Source: Eledone cirrhosa
Lineage: Eukaryota
Assembly: GCA_964016885.1 (NCBI GenBank)
Contig: OZ024751.1
Span: 806,001-870,000 of the forward strand
DNA: 64,000 bases
Direction of reading: 5' to 3'
Both the position numbers and the translations under genes were made by a program. The notes under the pieces were generated by a model. The model was given only the letters and a program-made list of their open reading frames with translations. It was not told where the DNA came from and did not search any database. Below, in pieces: positions 58,101 through 64,000 of this stretch; within the stretch, counting starts at the first letter, position 1; each line of letters opens with the position of its first letter.

Positions 58101-60680
58101 TGGTATATTAATTTTGGTATATTAGTGTTGGTATAATAGTGTTGGTATATTAATGTTGGTCTATTAGTGTTGGCATATTAATGTTTGTATATTAATGTTG
58201 TTATATTAGTGTTGGTACATTAATGTTGGTATATTAATGTTGGTATATTAACGTTGCTATATTAATGTTGCTATATTAATGTTGCTATATTAATGTTGGT
58301 ATATTAGTGTTGGTATATTAGTGTTGGTATGTTAGTGTTGGTATATTAATGTTTGTATATTTATATTGGTATATTAGTGTTGGTTTATTAATGTTGGTAT
58401 ATTAATGTTGGTATATAAGTGTTGGTTTATTGTTGTTGGTATATTAATGTTCTTTCAATAATATTGGTATATTAATGTTGGTATGTTAGTGTTGGTATAT
58501 TAATGTTGGTATATTAATGTTCGTATATTAATGCTGGTATATTAGTGTTGGTATATTAATGTTGGTATATTAATGTTGGTATATTACTGTTGGTATATTA
58601 GTGTCTGTATATTAGTGTTGGTATATTAATATTGATATATTTATGTTGGTATATTAGTGTTGGTATATTAATGTTGTTTTAATAATATTGATTTATTAAT
58701 GTTTGTATATTAGTGTTGTTTAAATAATATTGGTTTATTGATTTTGGTATATTAATGTTGCTATATTAGTGTTGCTATATTATTGTTGGTATATTAATGT
58801 TGGTATATTAATGTTGATATATTAACGTTGGTGTATTAATGTTGGTATATGTTTGCTATGTTAGTGGTGGTATATTAGTGTTGGTATCGTAGTGTTGGTA
58901 TAATAATGTTGGTATATTAATGTTGGTATATTAGTGTTGGTATATTAATGTTGGTATATTAATGTTGGTATATTAGTATTGGTATAATAGTGTTGGTATA
59001 TTAATGTCGTTATATTAGTGTTGTTTTAATAATATTGGTATATTAGTTTTGTTTTAATAATATTGGTATATTAGTGTTGATATATTAATGTTGGTATATT
59101 AATGTTGGTATATTAGTGTTGGTATATTAGTGTTGGTATATTAGTGTTGGTATATTAATGTTGGTATATTAATGTTGTTATATTAGTGTTAGTATATTAG
59201 CGTTGCTATATTGATGTTGGTATATTAGTATTTTTTAAATAATATTGATATATTGATGTTGGTATATTAACGTTGGTATATTAATGTTGGTATATTAATG
59301 TTGATATATTAATGTTGGTATATTAACGTTGGTATAATACTGTTGGTATATTAATGTCGTTATATTAGTGTTGTTTTAATAATATTGGTATATTAGTGTT
59401 GTTTTAATAATATTGGTATATTAGTGTTGATATATTAATGTTCGTATATTAATGTTGGTATATTAATGTTGGTATATAAGTGTTGGTATATTAGTATTGG
59501 TATAATACTGTTGGTATATTAATGTCGTTATATTAGTGTTGTTTTAATAATATTGGTATATTAGTGTTGTTTTAATAATATTGGTATATTAGTGTTGGTA
59601 TATTAATGTTCGTATATTAATGTTGGTATATTAATGTTGGTATATAAGTGTTGGTATATTGTTGTTGGTATATTAGTGTTCTTTCAATAATATTGGTATA
59701 TTAATGTTGGTATATTAGTGTTGGTATATTAATGTTGGTATATTAATGTTGGTGTATTAGTGTTGGTATAATAGTGTTGGTATATTAATGTTGGTATATT
59801 AGTGTTGTTTTAATTATATTGGTATATTAATGTTGGTATATTAGTGTTGGCATATTAATGTTTGTTTATTAATGTTGGTATATTAGTGTTGGCATATTAT
59901 TGTTGGTATATTAATGTTGGTATATTAATGCTGGTATATTAGTGTTGGTATATTAATGTTGGTATATTAATGTTGGTATATTAGTGTTGGTATATTAATG
60001 TTGGTATGTTAGTGTTGGTATATTAATGTTGGTATATTAATGCTGGTATATTAGTGTTGGTATATTAGTGTCTGTATATTAGTGTTGGTATATTAATATT
60101 GGTATATTAATGTTGGTATATTAGTGTTGGTATATTAATGTTGTTTTAATAATATTGGTATATTAATGTTGGTATATTAGTGTTGGTATATTAATGTTTG
60201 TATATTAGTGTTGTTTAAATAATATTGGTGTATTGATTTTGGTATAATAATGTTGCTATATTAGTGTTGGTATATTATTGTTGGTATATTGATGTTGGTA
60301 TATTAGTATTTTTTAAATAATATTGATATATTGATGTTGGTATATTAACGTTGGTATATTAATGTTGGTATATTACTGTTGGTATATTAATGTTGATATA
60401 TTAATTTAGCTATATTAATGTTGGAATATTGTTGGTATATTAATATTGGTATATTAGTGTTGGTATATTAGTGAGGGTAAATTAGTGAGGGTATATTAAT
60501 GTTGGTATATTAATGATTGTATATTAGTGTTGGTATATTATTGGTATATTAATGTTGGTATATTAGTGTTGGTATATTACTGTTCGTATATTAGTGTTGG
60601 TATATTAGTGTTGGTAAATTAATGTTGGTATATTAATGTTATGTATATTAGTGTTGGTATATTATGGTTGGTATATTAGT
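48440..60680. repeat. 6118-bp near-identical tandem duplication (~48440-54560 / ~54560-60680)
   Basis: GGCACTCC at 49610/55728, GGCACTCTA at 51133/57251, GGTATCGTAGT at 52765/58883 and GTGAGGGTAAATTAGTGAGGG at 54353/60471 all give an offset of 6118. Only a few substitutions noticed. Confidence 0.95.
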
Positions 60681-63600
60681 TTTGGTATATTAATGTTGGT
60701 ATACTAATGTTGGTATATTGTTGGTATATTAATGTTGGTATATTAATGTTGGTATATTAATGTTATGTATATTAGTGTCGGTATATTATTGTTGGTATAT
60801 TAGTGTTGTTATATTATTGTTGGTATATTAATGTTGCTATATTAGTGTTGGTATATTAATGTTGGTATATTTATATCGCTATATTAGTGTTGGTATATTA
60901 GTGTTGATATATTAATGTTGCTATATTAGTGTTGGTATATTAATGTTGGTATATTATAGTTGGTATATTAATGTTGGTATATTAGTGTTGTTATATTAGT
61001 GTTGGTATAGTAATGTTGGTATATTAGTGTTGGTATATTAATGCTGGTATATTAGTGTTGGTATATTAATGTTGGTATATTAATGTTGGTATATTAGTGT
61101 TGGTATATTAGTCTTTGTATATTAGTGTCGGTATATTAATATTGGTATATTAATGTTGGTATATTAGTGTTGTTTTAATAATATTGGTATATTAATGTTG
61201 GTATATTAGTGTTGGTATATTAATGTTGGCATATTAAAGTTGGTATATTAGTGTTGGTATCTTAGTGTTGGTATATTAATGTTGGTATATTAGTGTTGGT
61301 ACATTAATGTTGGTATATTAATGTTGGTATATTAGTGTTGGTATATTAGTGTTGATATATTAATGTCGGTATATTAGTGTTGGTATATTAGTGTTGTTTT
61401 AATAATATTGGCATATTAATGTTGGTATATTAGTGTTGTTTTAATAATATTGGTATAATAGTGTTGGTATATTAATGTTGGTATATTAATGTTGGTATAT
61501 TAGTGTTGGTATATTAGTGTTGCTATATTAGTGTTGGTATATTTATGTTGTTATATTAGTGTTGGTATATTAGTGTTGGTATATTGATGTTGGTATATTA
61601 GTGTTGGTATATTAATGTTGGTATATTAGTGTTCGTATATTAATGTTGGTATATTAATGTTGGTATATAAGTGTTGGTATATTAATGTTTGTATATGAGT
61701 GTTGTTTAAATAATATTGGTGTATTGATTTTGGTATATTAATGTTGCTATATTAGTGTTGCTATATTATTGTTGGTATATTAATGTTGATATATTAACGT
61801 TGGTGTATTAATGTTGGTATATGTTTGCTATGTTAGTGGTGGTATATTAGTGTTGGTATCGCAGTGTTGGTATAATAATGTTGTTATATTAATGTTGGTA
61901 TATTAGTGTTGGTATATTAATGTTGGTATATTAATGTTGGTATATTAGTATTGGTATAATAGTGTTGGTATATTAATCTCGTTATATTAGTGTTGTTTTA
62001 ATAATATTGGTATATTAGTGTTGTTTTAATAATATTGGTATATTAGTGTTGGTATATTAATGTTCGTATATTAATGTTGGTATATTAATGTTGGTATATA
62101 AGTGTTGGTATATTGTTGTTGGTATATTAGTGTTCTTTCAATAATATTGGTATATTAATGTTGGTATATTAGTGTTGGTATATTAATGTTGGTATATTAA
62201 TGTTGGTGTATTAGTGTTGGTATAATAGTGTTGGTATATTAATGTTGGTATATTAGTGTTATTTTAATTATATTGGTATATTAATGTTGGTATATTAGTG
62301 TTGGCATATTAATGTTTGTATATTAATGTTGGTATGTTAGTGTTGGTATATTAATGTTGATATATTAATGCTGGTATATTAGTGTTGGTATATTAATGTT
62401 GGTATATTAATGTCGGTATATTAGTGTTGGTATATTAATGTTGGTATATTAGTGTTCGTATATTAATGCTGGTATATTAGTGTTGGTATATTAATGTTGG
62501 TATATTAATGTTGGTATGTTAGTGTTGGTATATTAATGTTGGTATATTAATGCTGGTATATTAGTGTTGGTATATTAGTGTCTGTATATTAGTGTTGGTA
62601 TATTACTATTGGTATATTAATGTTGGTATATTAGTGTTGGTATATTAATGTTGTTTTAATAATATTGGTATATTAATGTTGGTATATTAGTGTTGGTATA
62701 TTAATGTTTGTATATTAGTGTTGTTTAAATAATATTGGTGTATTGATTTTGGTATATTAATGTTGCTATATTAGTGTTGCTATATTATTGTTGGTATATT
62801 GATGTTGATATATTAGTACTTTTTAAATAATATTGATATATTGATGTTGGTATATTAACGTTGGTATATTACTGTTGGTATATTAATGTTGATATATTAA
62901 TTTAGCTATATTAATGTTGGAATATTGTTGGTATATTAATATTGGTATATTAGTGTTGGTATATTAGTGTTGGTATATTAGTGAGGGTAAATTAGTGAGG
63001 GTATATTAATGTTGGTATATTAATGATTGTATATTAGTGTTGGTATATTATTGGTATATTAATGTTGGTATATTAGTGTTGGTATATTAGTGTTGGTATA
63101 TTAGTGTTGGTATATTAGTGTTGGTAAATTAATGTTGGTATATTAATGTTATGTATATTAGTGTTGGTATATTATTGTTGGTATATTAGTGTTGGTATAT
63201 TAATGTTGGTATACTAGTGTTGGTATATTGTTGGTATATTAATGTTGGTATATTAATGTTGGTATATTAATGTTATGTATATTAGTGTCGGTATATTATT
63301 GTTGGTATATTAGTGTTGTTATATTAATGTTGGTATATTAGTGTTGGTATATTAATGTTGCTATATTAGTGTTGGTATATTAATGTTGGTATATTAGTGT
63401 TGGTATATTAATGTTGGTATATTAGTGTTGTTATATTAGTGTTGGTAAAGTAATGTTGGTATATTAGTGTTAGTATATTAATGCTGGTATATTAGTGTTG
63501 GTATATTAATGTTGGTTTATTAATGTTGGTATATTAATGTTGGTATATTAATGTTGGTATATTATTGTTTGTATATTAATGTTTGTATATTAGTATTGGT

Positions 63601-64000
63601 ATATTAATGTTGGTATATTAGTGTTGGTATATTAGTTTTGCTATATTAATGTTGGTATATTAATGTTGGTTTATTAGCGTTGTTTTAATAATTATTGGTA
63701 TATTAATGTTGCTATATTAGTGTTTGTATATTAATGTTGGTATATTTAAATTGCTAAAGTAGTGTTGTTATATTAGTGTTGGTATAGTAATGTTGGTATA
63801 TTAGTGTTGGTATATTAATGCTGGTATATTAGTGTTGGTACATTAATGTTGGTATATTAATGTTGGTATATTAGTGTTGGTATAATAGTGTTGATATATT
63901 AATGTCGGTATATTAGTGTTGTTTTAATAATATTGGCATATTAATGTTCGTATATTAGTGTTGTTTTAATAATATTGGTATATTAGTGTTGGTATATTAA
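58690..64000. repeat. Older, diverged ~2.5-3.0-kb duplication (~58690-61500 vs ~61690-64000)
   Basis: GGTATCGTAGT at 58883 vs GGTATCGCAGT at 61855 (offset 2972). GTGAGGGTAA at 60471 vs 62981 (offset 2510). TTATGTATATTAGTGTCGG at ~60763 vs ~63273. Confidence 0.75.

Larger units (their letters stand above)
1..64000. repeat. 14-bp tandem satellite array, consensus GTTGGTATATTA(A/G)T, ~4,600 head-to-tail copies, running off both window ends
   Basis: Monomers GTTGGTATATTAAT and GTTGGTATATTAGT are directly visible in every line. No inversion or non-repeat insertion seen. Copy number estimated as 64000/14, adjusted slightly for shortened monomers. Confidence 0.99.

Noticed and set aside
1-64000. 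Repetitive protein-coding ORF on either strand
   Set aside because: The 14-bp period cycles through all frames. The + strand reads LVLVY-stop (TAG/TAA) and the minus strand reads TNTNIPTLIYQH-stop, so each frame stops about every 42 bp.
1-64000. Giant ORF under a TAA/TAG-reassigned code (e.g. ciliate code 6)
   Set aside because: Frames would be largely open, but there is no codon-position bias, 13-bp frameshifting monomers are tolerated and amplified, and there is no unique domain or evidence for such a code.
1-64000. CRISPR or other repeat-spacer array, treating the GTTTTAATAAT cassette as the repeat
   Set aside because: The intervening sequences are the same 14-mer rather than unique spacers, their lengths vary from ~40 to ~600 bp, and there are no cas genes or leader.
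1-64000. Promoter or TF sites (TATA-like TATATT/TATAAT, homeodomain TAAT cores)
   Set aside because: These are inevitable by-products of an AT-rich monomer, with no adjacent gene or other support.
1-64000. Transposon insertion, inversion or large hairpin
   Set aside because: No non-monomer sequence and no reverse-complement (ACCAAC-type) units seen on the + strand.

Overview
The whole 64-kb window is one uninterrupted, single-orientation tandem array (satellite/minisatellite-type DNA) of a 14-bp monomer, consensus GTTGGTATATTA(A/G)T (minus strand A(T/C)TAATATACCAAC), about 4,600 copies and about 25% GC, with C almost absent from the + strand. I find no unique sequence, no supportable gene, RNA, CRISPR array or mobile element. 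Under the standard code every frame on both strands hits TAA/TAG about every 42 bp. The informative structure is in the variants. Two co-dominant monomers (A-type and G-type) are interspersed. A 3-substitution variant monomer (GTTGTTTTAATAAT) recurs throughout, and 3-bp-deleted monomers are common. Rare diagnostic variants reveal a nested hierarchy of tandem duplications (about 0.17, 0.38, 1.5, 1.9, 2.1, 2.5-3.0, 3.3, 3.5, 3.6, 5.35, 6.12 and 9.1 kb) and a change of variant repertoire around 43.7-45.5 kb. The organism and chromosomal role (centromeric, heterochromatic, subtelomeric) cannot be determined from this window; a eukaryotic origin is an inference. All offsets were read manually, and duplication boundaries are uncertain by a few monomers. 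I do not see evidence of a new gene-encoded system.
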